This document shows, piece by piece, positions 49,823 through 59,580 of a stretch of DNA of 64,000 nt. This DNA is from Candidatus Latescibacterota bacterium. Lineage in GTDB: Bacteria; Latescibacterota; UBA2968; UBA8231. The first letter of the stretch is position 1, and each line of letters opens with the position of its first letter. The position numbers and the translations under genes were made by a program. The stretch covers positions 224,001-288,000 of the forward strand of contig CBDFJF010000002.1 of NCBI GenBank assembly GCA_965248265.1, in the 5' to 3' direction. The notes under the pieces were generated by a model. The model had not been told where the DNA came from. It worked only from the letters and a program-made list of their open reading frames with translations, and searched no databases.

Positions 49823-51079
49823 CTAGCACATCTCATCTGCGTCGCCGCGGACTATCGTGATCTTACCCTGCTCCTCCAGCCGACGCACCTGCTGCACGAT
49901 ACGCAGCTGCACCTCCTCGACCTCCGACAGCCGCATCGGCCCCAGGGCCTCCATCTCATCTCTTACGGACTTGCGCACCTCTTCGGACATGTTGACCAGG
50001 ATCTTCTCCTTCAATACCTCCTCGGCCGCTTTGAAAGCGACGACGAGATCTTTCTGGTCTGTCTCCCGCAGAAGCAGCTGGATCTCCCGGTCTGTCAGCT
50101 TGGAGATATCGGCAAAGGTGAACATCAGATTGCGCACCGCCTCAGCTACCCCCGGATCTTGTGCATGGAACTGGTCGAGAACGTTTTTCTCCACACTCGA
50201 ACCGGTCAGATTCAGTATGTCAGCCACGACCTTGGGACCGCCAACATCCTGATTTCCCCTGAGGATGTCGGCTAGCGACGCTTCCAGGCATTCCTCGACG
50301 ACGCGGATGAGAGCCGGAGTGATGTTCTCCATCGTCGAGATGCGGTAAGTCACGTCCGACTGCATGCGCTCGGGCAGCTGGGCCAGGATGCCGGCCGCCT
50401 GGTTTGGATCGAGCTGGGACAACAGGAGGGCGATGGTCTGCGGATGCTCGTGCGAGATGAAAGGCGCCACCTGCTCCGGCGCCACATTCTTCAACAGATA
50501 AAAACCCCCACCCTCATCCCCGGGCTCGGAACGCAACAGCCACTGCCCCCGGCCCGTGCCGAAGGCTCGCTCCAGGAGAGCGCTGGCGAGGGCGGGTCCG
50601 CCGTCCTGCAGGTAGTCTCCGGCCTCGATCCGCTGACGCAGGGTCTCCAGCGCGTGCATGGCAACATGATGCTTGACCTCTGGCTCTTCGGCGACGGCGC
50701 TGGCAATCCAGCGAGCGTCGGCTTCGCGCAGGTGTTTGACAACTAGACCACCCACTTCCGCGCCCAGACCAGACATCAGGGCGGCTATCTCTTGACGAGG
50801 TGACATCCCAGCCTGCGGTCCCTCCGTCGCGTCCCCATCATCACGATGAATGATCGTGCGCACGACAGCCGCCGCGGCCTGGTCGTTTTCCCAGACAAAG
50901 GCATGCATGCTGCCGCTCTGTACACCTTGTGGATAGTGATGTCGTGACCGTGCTGACTGGGTCGACGATTCCGAAGCCGGCTCCTTCTCTTGAGCGACTT
51001 CGGCAGTTCGGGCCGGGGCCGAGGGTTTGGGTGGAATCTTGGGCCAGACGACCAGTTGGACTCTATTCTCCTGGTTCAT
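49823..51079 (-). CDS. fliG: Flagellar switch protein FliG-like with N-terminal extension
   Basis: EHPQTIAL, MFTF, GPMRLSEVEE. Confidence 0.88.
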   Translation of the reverse strand: MNQENRVQLVVWPKIPPKPSAPARTAEVAQEKEPASESSTQSARSRHHYPQGVQSGSMHAFVWENDQAAAAVVRTIIHRDDGDATEGPQAGMSPRQEIAALMSGLGAEVGGLVVKHLREADARWIASAVAEEPEVKHHVAMHALETLRQRIEAGDYLQDGGPALASALLERAFGTGRGQWLLRSEPGDEGGGFYLLKNVAPEQVAPFISHEHPQTIALLLSQLDPNQAAGILAQLPERMQSDVTYRISTMENITPALIRVVEECLEASLADILRGNQDVGGPKVVADILNLTGSSVEKNVLDQFHAQDPGVAEAVRNLMFTFADISKLTDREIQLLLRETDQKDLVVAFKAAEEVLKEKILVNMSEEVRKSVRDEMEALGPMRLSEVEEVQLRIVQQVRRLEEQGKITIVRGDADEMC

Positions 51080-51339
51080 GCCGGCACCTTTGGTGGTTCG
51101 AGAAGTCGGGTGACGCGGATGGCCATCAAATCGGTGACGACGACGATTTCGCCCTCGGCGAAGAGCCGCTGGTTGATCCGAATGTCGAAGGCTTCGCCGG
51201 CAAGCTTGAAGAAATCGATGCAGTCTCCCTTCTTCAGGCGTCGTGCCTCACCAAGGGTGATCTCCCTACGACCCAACTCCACGGTAACATCCGCATAGAC
51301 GTTGTCGACGCTGGCGCGATCGGGTTGCTGGTCAGTCAT
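51076..51339 (-). CDS. FliN/SpoA-domain protein
   Basis: VTVELGR...LAGEAFDIRIN..FAEGEIVVV. Confidence 0.8.
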   Translation of the reverse strand: MTDQQPDRASVDNVYADVTVELGRREITLGEARRLKKGDCIDFFKLAGEAFDIRINQRLFAEGEIVVVTDLMAIRVTRLLEPPKVPA

Positions 51340-51349
51340 CTCCTCCTCC

Positions 51350-51625
51350 TCACGCCGGCTCGACGATCTCGATGATGCGCACGCCAAAATTCTCACCGAT
51401 GGTCACCACTTCTGCGCGCGCAAACAACTTGCCATTCAGCATTACCTCGATGGGCTCGCCGACGGTCTTTTCCAACTCCACCAGTGACTGGTCACCCAGT
51501 TCGTGGATGTCTGCCATGGTACGGCGGGTGCGGCCGAGTTCGGCGGTGAGCATCATCGGCATCGATTCCAGCAGTTCGATGTTGTCTGCGGGGGTTGACG
51601 CTTTGGTATCCGCCTTCTTTGCCAT
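51350..51625 (-). CDS. fliN: Flagellar switch protein FliN
   Basis: AELGRT...VELEKTVGEPIEVMLNG...ENFGVRI. Confidence 0.88.
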   Translation of the reverse strand: MAKKADTKASTPADNIELLESMPMMLTAELGRTRRTMADIHELGDQSLVELEKTVGEPIEVMLNGKLFARAEVVTIGENFGVRIIEIVEPA

Positions 51626-51698
51626 TGGGTGCCTCTCTGACTTGGGTTTGTCGTCTGCCGCGTACAATCGTGTATTGAGGTGCGAGGGACAAGGAAAT

Positions 51699-52472
51699 TT
51701 ATCCAGTAGCGCCCTTACAACTCCAGACTGAACCGGTGGTGTAGGTATTGCGTTCGGAACAGAGAAACTCGGCGACCTCTGCTACTTCTTCAGGATCGGA
51801 GTAGCGTCCCAGTGGGTTGCCAGGATCGGCCAGGTGTTCGGCCGAGAATCGCGGTACCACCATGTCCGTCAGCGCTCTGCCGGGCTCGACGCCGTTGACG
51901 AAGACGCCCTGCCTGGAATAAGCATTACCCAGCGACTGGATGAGACTATAGACGGCGCCCTTGGACACGGCGTAGGGCAGCTTGTCCGGCGAGCCGAAGC
52001 GGGCGGCCGAGGTGATGGTCACGGTGCGTCCCCAGCCACCCTCCAGCATGTGCGGGATGGCGGCATGGTGGGCATGGAAGACGCCGTGCACGTTGATGGA
52101 CATGACCTTCGAAAACTGCTCGGCCGATTGCTCGTGAAAGGGCGCTTCAATTCCAAGTACCCCAGCAGCGCATGCAAGGATGTCCAGTCGTTTGAACGCG
52201 CTGACAGCGGCTTCAGCGGCGGCCACCACTTCGGCTTCGATTGTGACATCGGTGCGACAGAAGATTGCTTCTTGCCCGAGGGCTATGATGTCGTTGACCG
52301 TCTGCTGACCCTGCTCTTCCAACAGATCGGCGATGACGACATCGCGGCCCTCGGCTCCGAAGCGCAGGGCCATGGCACGGCCGAGCCCACGGGCGCCGCC
52401 GGTGACGAGGGCGGCACGGCGTTGTTTTGGCGCGGCAAAGCGGAGCTCGCGTGGATCAACCGGAGATGTCAT
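51699..52472 (-). CDS. Short-chain dehydrogenase/reductase
   Basis: TGGARGLG, YAVSK. Confidence 0.9.
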   Translation of the reverse strand: MTSPVDPRELRFAAPKQRRAALVTGGARGLGRAMALRFGAEGRDVVIADLLEEQGQQTVNDIIALGQEAIFCRTDVTIEAEVVAAAEAAVSAFKRLDILACAAGVLGIEAPFHEQSAEQFSKVMSINVHGVFHAHHAAIPHMLEGGWGRTVTITSAARFGSPDKLPYAVSKGAVYSLIQSLGNAYSRQGVFVNGVEPGRALTDMVVPRFSAEHLADPGNPLGRYSDPEEVAEVAEFLCSERNTYTTGSVWSCKGATG

Positions 52473-52521
52473 GGTGTACCGTCAGCTGGCGTGATGGTGG
52501 AAGGTCGGGTAATATAGCTCC

Positions 52522-53643
52522 ATGAAGATCGAGCGAATAGAGTCCTTCCTAATCGGCGGTGGTTACGTCGTCCGCCTCACCACCGACACAGGGTTAACCG
52601 GTGTTGGCCAGACGGCGTGCTGGGGTTATCCCGAAGCGGTGGGCCAGACCGTCGTTGCCTTCGAGCGCTACCTGATCGGCCAGGATCCGATGCGCATCGA
52701 GCATCACTGGCAGTATCTCTACCGGATGTCAGCATTCCGCGGGACGGCGCTGGCGGGCGCAGTCAGCGCCATCGACATCGCCCTGTGGGACATAAAAGGC
52801 AAACACTTCGAGGTCCCGGTGTGGGAGTTGCTGGGAGGCCGGTGTCGCGACAAGATTCGTCTGCACCTGCTCGGTCGTGCCGACAATCCCGAGTCCATGG
52901 TCGAAGCGGCTCGTAAGGCGGTCGAGGAGGGATTCACCGCATTCAAATTCGATCCCGTCAATCATATTGACACCGGCATCGATAAAATGGTAAAGACCGC
53001 GGTTGCTCTCACCGCCGCGGCACGCGAAGGCGGGGGAGCGGATCTCGACCTCATCGTCGAGGTCCACCGCAAGCTGACGCCGATGACGGCGCGCACCCTG
53101 TGCGAAGCCCTGGCGCCGTTCAATCTCTACTTCCTGGAAGATCCCATTCAGATCGACTCCATCCAGGCGCAGGCGGACATGGCCAGACGCACGCAAGTGC
53201 CGATCGGCAACGGCGAACGGCTGACGACGATCTGGGAATTTCGCGAGCTGCTGGAAGGGGGAGGTCCGCAATACGTGCGACCGGATGTCGCTCTGGCCGG
53301 GGGGCTGACTCATTGTAAGAAAATTGCCGCGATTGCTGAGAGTTATCACAGCGCCGTCGTCACCCACAATTTCCTGGGCCCCCTGATCACGGCTGCCTCC
53401 TGTCATTTGGATGCGACGATTCCGAACTTCATTACCCAGGAGTACAGCAAGGGGGATGAGTCGGAGGCCAATGCAGTCTACGCTTGTGCCCACGCTCGCG
53501 AGGGAGGTTACATCCCGCTGACCGACGCACCCGGTCTCGGTGTCGAGCTCGTCGACGAACTGATAGCGTCACGACCCTTCAAGCCGATGAACACGGGTTC
53601 GACTCCGCTGCGCGAGGATGGGTCGGTCGCCTATGCTGTGTGA
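52522..53643 (+). CDS. Mandelate racemase/galactonate dehydratase-like enolase-superfamily enzyme
   Basis: AIDIALWDIKGK, FKFD, EVH, FLEDP, GER. Confidence 0.88.
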   Translation: MKIERIESFLIGGGYVVRLTTDTGLTGVGQTACWGYPEAVGQTVVAFERYLIGQDPMRIEHHWQYLYRMSAFRGTALAGAVSAIDIALWDIKGKHFEVPVWELLGGRCRDKIRLHLLGRADNPESMVEAARKAVEEGFTAFKFDPVNHIDTGIDKMVKTAVALTAAAREGGGADLDLIVEVHRKLTPMTARTLCEALAPFNLYFLEDPIQIDSIQAQADMARRTQVPIGNGERLTTIWEFRELLEGGGPQYVRPDVALAGGLTHCKKIAAIAESYHSAVVTHNFLGPLITAASCHLDATIPNFITQEYSKGDESEANAVYACAHAREGGYIPLTDAPGLGVELVDELIASRPFKPMNTGSTPLREDGSVAYAV

Positions 53644-53652
53644 CACCCCGGT

Positions 53653-55554
53653 TCAATAGGGTGGGTGGGCGTAGGTGGGTTGATTGACGAAGCGCTGATA
53701 GCCGATCCTCAGCCGCACCGTACTGTGGGGTGGCAGGCGTACCCGGAAGTACTTCGAATCGACGCGGACGGTTTTTTCCACATCGCCATCGACGAACCCT
53801 ATTTCTGAAAAGGCATGTTCCCCGAAGGCCCCCGCCTGAACGATCACTTCTCTGGTGGCGTCAGTGCTGAGTGAGGCCAGCTGCAGGCCCAGTCGGTCCG
53901 GTGACAGTTCGTCGACCAGGGCGGACACGTCTGCTGGCAAGCCAGGCCGCCTCTTCTGGGGATCGAAGTAACGAACCGTCGCCCGCAACAGACCTCCACA
54001 GTAAACGCTCTGGGGCGCGCCCATCGCGACCTGCGTCAGTCCCTTCGTGAACACCGGGTTGGGGGCATTCTTGTGCTCGGCCTTGATCTGTTCCCTGTCC
54101 CTGGGATCGTTCTGGATGCCCTCGTACACGGTCAACGCCGAGTCGTATTCCGCAGTCAGGATCTTTTCCGGCCAATCTGGATTGTGGCCTTCGTAGTACT
54201 GGAACCGGCCCTTCTCCGTGGCACCGCTGCCCTTCTCCGAGGTGGGCGCCACGTCGTTCCAGTCGGTGCCGACATCACCCTTTCTGAGTGCGTGGACGAG
54301 CTGGCGATCCTCCTCTGACATGGAGGCGTGAAAGAGGTGGGCCAAATCCTGAAAGCGATACACCCGTGGATCGGTATGCCGGTAATGGCCCCAGCCGTGG
54401 TCGTAGCGGTTGGGGGTAACGAGCCGGCCGTCCTCCTCCTCGTAGGAGCGGCTCAACATCAATTCGATCTGCGAGCGCAACAGTTCGAGGTAGCCGTCGT
54501 CACCGGTCAGCATCTGGCAGCACTCGGCGGCAATAGTCAGCCCGTGGAACATGACATTGTAGCCCTGGTAGTGATTCCAGCCATGCATGCCGCCCCACCA
54601 CTGCCCGTTTCTGCGTTCGCCGACCACGCCGGTGGGTCCGACGTTGTCCGGCATCAGCCCGTCGTTTTCCCACATGCGTTCGATCCAGGCTTCCGTGTAG
54701 TCGAGTACCCACTTCTTGTACTTCTCCTCCCCGGTGTATAGATAGGCATTGGAAACCAGGGCGGTGGCGGCCAGGTTGTTCGGGGTGTCGGCCTGCAGGA
54801 CAATCTCATTGAACAACCTGGTGACTTCGCTCCTTCGCGGTGCGCTGTCGTACCAATCCGGTTCCAGATCATCGATGATCGGTGAAAGCGATCCGCGGAT
54901 GCCGTAGTAGCGGTACTCCTCACCGATTCCTCCCTGCAGCCACAAGGCCGCCTCCAGGGGTGTATTCTGGTGCATGGGTCCCTGGCTGGTCGGCATGGGG
55001 GAGCGAATGACCCGGTAGCGCGGGTCGTAGTTTTCGGCATTCGGGTCTTCACCGGTGTACATCGCGGCGAATTTCTCGGCCCGTGCGCGGTTCTCAGCGA
55101 TCGAAGGATCGGCGACGCCGAAATCGTAGAACGCCATGTTGCCCTCGCCCTGATGGTGCCAGTGGGGGACGCGTCGTTGGCCGGCGATGGTCGTGGCCAC
55201 GGATGCGGGCGCCATGTTGTAGTACTCGTTGTGGATCTGCGGGATAAACCAGGGATAGATCGGGTGGGGGGAGCGGTCGTCGCAGGCCCTGGTGGTTGCG
55301 TTCCATCCGTCCAGGGCCATGTGGTGGAGCTTCACATCGGCGCCGAGGGCGTAAAACAGTCCCCAATTGTAGAAGCGTTCGTAGAGGTCGTCGACGTCAT
55401 CGACGAAGTACAACACTCCACCAGGATCGGTGTAGCGCTCGAACATGAGCGCGGCCGCCTCTTCCATCACCGTGATGAGCTTGCGCTCGAGCAAAGCCCA
55501 TGACGGCGGTGCCTTGCCGGCATTGCCCGCCGTTATCGTGACGATGTCTTCCAT
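53653..55554 (-). CDS. Hypothetical protein (aromatic-rich, possibly glycosidase/lyase-like)
   Basis: 633-aa ORF with natural composition; no diagnostic motif recognised. Confidence 0.65.
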   Translation of the reverse strand: MEDIVTITAGNAGKAPPSWALLERKLITVMEEAAALMFERYTDPGGVLYFVDDVDDLYERFYNWGLFYALGADVKLHHMALDGWNATTRACDDRSPHPIYPWFIPQIHNEYYNMAPASVATTIAGQRRVPHWHHQGEGNMAFYDFGVADPSIAENRARAEKFAAMYTGEDPNAENYDPRYRVIRSPMPTSQGPMHQNTPLEAALWLQGGIGEEYRYYGIRGSLSPIIDDLEPDWYDSAPRRSEVTRLFNEIVLQADTPNNLAATALVSNAYLYTGEEKYKKWVLDYTEAWIERMWENDGLMPDNVGPTGVVGERRNGQWWGGMHGWNHYQGYNVMFHGLTIAAECCQMLTGDDGYLELLRSQIELMLSRSYEEEDGRLVTPNRYDHGWGHYRHTDPRVYRFQDLAHLFHASMSEEDRQLVHALRKGDVGTDWNDVAPTSEKGSGATEKGRFQYYEGHNPDWPEKILTAEYDSALTVYEGIQNDPRDREQIKAEHKNAPNPVFTKGLTQVAMGAPQSVYCGGLLRATVRYFDPQKRRPGLPADVSALVDELSPDRLGLQLASLSTDATREVIVQAGAFGEHAFSEIGFVDGDVEKTVRVDSKYFRVRLPPHSTVRLRIGYQRFVNQPTYAHPPY

Positions 55555-55688
55555 GATAGCACCTCTGGATTCGATAACACCTGATTCCCCCTCTCTTCTG
55601 AAACAGCCAATTGACTATGATGATGATGCAGGCGCGATTTCCGATCAAGCGCCTGCCTCACACTTTCCTAACCGGAGCAGTATCGACG

Positions 55689-56138
55689 ATGACTTTGCGA
55701 CTGATCCAGTCTGTTTCACTGTGGCTGTTGAGTATCACTGCGGCCGTGGTCGCGGCAGATCCCGCGACGCATGTCGATTCCACCAGCCGCGAGCGCGCGG
55801 CCGAGATCAAATCACTGGGATGGCGGCAGGTCGTGGAGAGTGAGGTGCCGCCTCTGCGCAATGCATTGGGCGAGCACTGGCCGATGATCATGTGGCACGG
55901 GCCCGGGTTCGGCGCCCCTGGAACCGGAGCAGATTCGCTTTCTGCTGGATCGCGGCGTCACCCAACATGTGCGGCTCGACACCGGTTACATCGAGGCTGC
56001 CACACGGCTCAAGGCCCTGAGTCGGCGCAGGTGGAGATCCCGGCCTGGGAGGATGTGCGGGTGACACTGGAGGCATCTACCGCCGGCGCGACTTATCTGG
56101 TAGAACGCTCCAGCGGTGCGGTCGTGGAAGTCGAGTAA
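55689..56138 (+). pseudogene. Frameshifted, probably internally deleted secreted protein remnant
   Basis: Signal peptide; natural-looking PLEPEQIRFLLDRGVTQHVRLD continues in another frame near 55915. Confidence 0.5.
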
Positions 56139-56165
56139 GAGATCGCAGAATCAGACGACCCGGTG

Positions 56166-56963
56166 TCAGCGCGCGCCGCACGCTTGCAGGCTTGCCTGCA
56201 TGTGTCCTCGAGTCTCGGCGGCGATGATGCAGCACTGCTCCAGCGAGTACTCCCTGGCACCGATCACCTCAAGATTGAGTGGGCCGTCGTAGCCGTTGTC
56301 GTGCAGGACGCGTACGTAACTGACGAGATCGATGTCGCCTCTGCCGTTGGCCTGATCCTCCGGGTTACCTGGACCTGTCTGTCGCCCCTTGCAGTCGCGG
56401 ATGTGGACGTGCTTGATGCGTGATATGACGGCGGCGATCGCCTCCACTGGATTTTCATTGGCGCGGTGGATGTGGGAGGGGTCCATGTCGATGCCGAAGG
56501 CCGGCGATGAGATCGCCTCCATCACCTTCAGTGTGGTCGGGGTGTTGTAGATGCTGGCACCGACGTGGGCTTTGACGCACAGGGTGACACCGTAGCGCTG
56601 GGCCATGTCGGCCAGCGATCCGAGTGAGTCGATGGATTGTCGCAGGCTGCCTTCGTCATCGGTGGTGCCGCCGGGACCGCAGTTGATGATGGGAATGCCG
56701 ATCTCGGCCGCCGCCTGAAAAGCCGATTCCATCACGGCTGGATCCTGCTTGGGCTGCTCCATGGCCAGCAGTTCGAGCTGGTACTGTTCGGCCAGCTGGC
56801 GGATCTGCGGTGCCAGTTCGCGCCAGCGGTCGAGGACCAGGTGTTCGCTCATGCTGTCGATGGCGGAGATTTCTATTCCGTCATAGCCGGCCATGACCAC
56901 GCACCGGAAGGCCGTTTCCATGTCGTAACCGCCGAACAGGACGGAGTTGGCCCCGAGTTTCAT
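56166..56963 (-). CDS. Sugar phosphate isomerase/epimerase (TIM barrel)
   Basis: GYDGIE, DMDPSH, HVHIRD, GRGDID, NLE. Confidence 0.88.
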   Translation of the reverse strand: MKLGANSVLFGGYDMETAFRCVVMAGYDGIEISAIDSMSEHLVLDRWRELAPQIRQLAEQYQLELLAMEQPKQDPAVMESAFQAAAEIGIPIINCGPGGTTDDEGSLRQSIDSLGSLADMAQRYGVTLCVKAHVGASIYNTPTTLKVMEAISSPAFGIDMDPSHIHRANENPVEAIAAVISRIKHVHIRDCKGRQTGPGNPEDQANGRGDIDLVSYVRVLHDNGYDGPLNLEVIGAREYSLEQCCIIAAETRGHMQASLQACGAR

Positions 56964-56974
56964 GATATCTCCCT

Positions 56975-57967
56975 CTAGTAATTCACGGTGACGACGGTGC
57001 CCTTGTCCCAGGACTCGATGGCCGCCTCGATGATGAGCTGAGCCCGCAGGGCGTCTTCCGCCCTGGCGTCGATCTGGTCCGGCGCAACCTGCTCGAGATT
57101 CTGCTCGATCCAGCGTGTGATGCGGCTGCCGAAGGTTTCGGGAAAGGCCATCATGCCGCCGAGGTGATCGAAGGTCTCGGTCTCTTTGGTGAAACGCGGG
57201 TAAAATTCGAGGCTCTGACAGGCCTCCCGAATGACAAAGCGGCCCTGTGAGCCGACGACTTCGCAGGTCTCGAGCCCGTAACTGCCACCGGCGTCGTAGC
57301 TGCCGGTGAGATGGCCGATGATGCCATTGGAGAACAGCATGTTAACCTGGACGTTCGACCATATGGCGCGTCCCTCTCCCTTCTTGAAAAAGGCCTGGAC
57401 CTTTTCGACGTCGCCGCAGAAGTAGCGCATGACGTCGATGGAGTGGGGGTGCAGGGCGCGCATGTGGAAGTGGGGTGAGGACTCGTTCGGGTTGTTAATC
57501 CACATGGTCATGTTGATGATGTTGAGATCGCCGAGACGGCCGGCCTCCACCCATTCCTGGGCGCGCAATGCGGCAGGGGTGAAGCGGTGATTGAGATTGA
57601 TGCCGTAGCGCAGGCCTTTGTCCCGGGCCAAGGCGACCATCTCCCGAGCCTTGGGGATTTCGTTCGAGATCGGCTTTTCCCCCAGCACCGGTATGCCGGC
57701 ACCGAGAAGGTCCATGGTCGGCTGGTAGTGGTCGCCACCGTTTTCGACGCCTGCCGTGCAGACGCTGGCGATGTCGACGTTGACTGCCGCGACCATGTCG
57801 GCGACCGTGGCAAAGGCCTCACAGTCATAGGTTGCGCTCGCTGCTTCCGCCTTCTCAGCGATGGCGTCGACGACGGCGACGATCGTGCACTCAGGATGCT
57901 CGTGGTAAATACGTGCGTGTGTGTTGCCGATGCCACCCAGGCCGACGATGGCCACATTCAAACCCAT
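56975..57967 (-). CDS. Gfo/Idh/MocA oxidoreductase
   Basis: IVGLGGIG, VLGEKP, NHRF. Confidence 0.9.
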   Translation of the reverse strand: MGLNVAIVGLGGIGNTHARIYHEHPECTIVAVVDAIAEKAEAASATYDCEAFATVADMVAAVNVDIASVCTAGVENGGDHYQPTMDLLGAGIPVLGEKPISNEIPKAREMVALARDKGLRYGINLNHRFTPAALRAQEWVEAGRLGDLNIINMTMWINNPNESSPHFHMRALHPHSIDVMRYFCGDVEKVQAFFKKGEGRAIWSNVQVNMLFSNGIIGHLTGSYDAGGSYGLETCEVVGSQGRFVIREACQSLEFYPRFTKETETFDHLGGMMAFPETFGSRITRWIEQNLEQVAPDQIDARAEDALRAQLIIEAAIESWDKGTVVTVNY

Positions 57968-57978
57968 TGATCTGTCTC

Positions 57979-59388
57979 CTATTTGCGCCCTCTGGCCTGT
58001 AGCTTGGCTGCCTCGCTGGGACCGCTGATGTGCATGGTATCGTAGGCCTGCTGCGATGTCTTGAAGGCGCCGACACCGACGTGGCCGTGCCAGTCGCCCT
58101 GGGTCAACATCGGATTCTTCAGCCCGGTCTCCGTTTCTCTTTTCGCGATCCAGCTGGTCATCCGTTTCTTCAATGCTTTAACGATGTCTGGATGGCTGTC
58201 CGCCAGATTCTCGTTCTCATCCGGATCTTCGACCAGGTTGTAGAGCTCGACCGGTGGCTTGAAGTGAAAATCCGGCTCCAGAGCGACGATGAGTTTCCAC
58301 TGAGGAGTGCGCCAGCCGTGCTTTCTCATCCAGGTGCATTCGGTGATATAGAACTCACTCTCGTGGGAGGCCACGTCGCCACGCACCATCGGCATCAGAC
58401 TCTGCCCATCGAAGCTCGTGCCGCGTGGTTTCTTGAAGCCGGCCAACTCGAAGATGGTAGGCACGAGATCCTTGTGTTGATTGTAGCCGGAGACGCGCTT
58501 GCCGGCCGGCACGACACCGGGATAGCGAATGATCAGCGGCACGTGCAGGGTGACATCATAGATGCCGTGGTGGTCGAACCAGCATTCGTGGTCGTAGAGG
58601 GTTTCGCCGTGGTCGCCGTTGAAGATGATGATGGTCTCGTCGAGGATGCCGTGGGCGCTCAAGGCGTTGAAGATGCTCTGAATGCAGGCATCCATGTAGG
58701 CGATTGCCCCGTCGTACTGGGCAATGATGTAGTCCTTATCTGTAAGGCCCGGGGGCATCCACGTGGCGAAGTAGTTGCAGAACGGCTTGAAGGACATGAC
58801 AGGCCGCATCGATTTGTTTCTGGGGTCGCACTCGTCGCCGTGGTAGAACATGCGTTCGTAGGGCGCCGGCGGCAGGTAGGGCGAATGCGGATCCATGTGT
58901 CTGAGGAATAGCAGGAAAGGCTTGTCGCCGGCCACGAGCCGGTCGAGCTCGGGAATGGCAACTCGGTTGAGGTTTTCAGCCTTCGGGCTGCGGCCCTCCG
59001 ATAGATTGCCCCAGCCAGCGTAATCGAGATAGGTGTCGAAGCCCCGAGCGGAAGGATTGCCACTGAAGCCGACGCAGGTAGAGGTGTAGCCCTGCTTGCG
59101 CAGCAGCTCGGGCAAGGTCTTGATGTCCGTCCTGAGCCCACCCTGGTGTCGCAGGGCTACTACTTGAGTGCCGAAACAATCTTTGCCGCTCAGCATGGAG
59201 GCATAGGCACTCGTCGTGGGCACATGGGCACAGTAGGTGCGTTCGAAAAGGGTGCTACCCTCAGCGAATCGATCGATGTGCGGTGAAGTCAGCCGCGGGT
59301 AGCCGTAGCAGCTCATGTGATCAGCCAGCAGGGAATCGACGGCTATGAGAAGGATGTTTGGCTTGGAGGGGGAGGTGCTTTTTGGCAT
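57979..59388 (-). CDS. Sulfatase/alkaline-phosphatase-superfamily hydrolase with non-canonical motif
   Basis: PNILLIAVDSL, DPHSPY, GDHGE, ELYNL..DP.E; PTTSAYAS in place of CxPxR. Confidence 0.88.
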   Translation of the reverse strand: MPKSTSPSKPNILLIAVDSLLADHMSCYGYPRLTSPHIDRFAEGSTLFERTYCAHVPTTSAYASMLSGKDCFGTQVVALRHQGGLRTDIKTLPELLRKQGYTSTCVGFSGNPSARGFDTYLDYAGWGNLSEGRSPKAENLNRVAIPELDRLVAGDKPFLLFLRHMDPHSPYLPPAPYERMFYHGDECDPRNKSMRPVMSFKPFCNYFATWMPPGLTDKDYIIAQYDGAIAYMDACIQSIFNALSAHGILDETIIIFNGDHGETLYDHECWFDHHGIYDVTLHVPLIIRYPGVVPAGKRVSGYNQHKDLVPTIFELAGFKKPRGTSFDGQSLMPMVRGDVASHESEFYITECTWMRKHGWRTPQWKLIVALEPDFHFKPPVELYNLVEDPDENENLADSHPDIVKALKKRMTSWIAKRETETGLKNPMLTQGDWHGHVGVGAFKTSQQAYDTMHISGPSEAAKLQARGRK

Positions 59389-59580
59389 GGAAATTCGGTG
59401 GGTAACTAAGGGTTGACCAGGATTTAGAGCCCATGGAAGCGGCTATAATATGGTCAACGACCCACGATTGAGCGAACCGCTTGGCTTCACTCGCGAGGAC
59501 AGTCGGCAATGAGGCATATTACCGCTCAGCAATCATCCATTCAGCGGGCGTCAAGGACTCCAACAGCAGGAGAGATTCGC

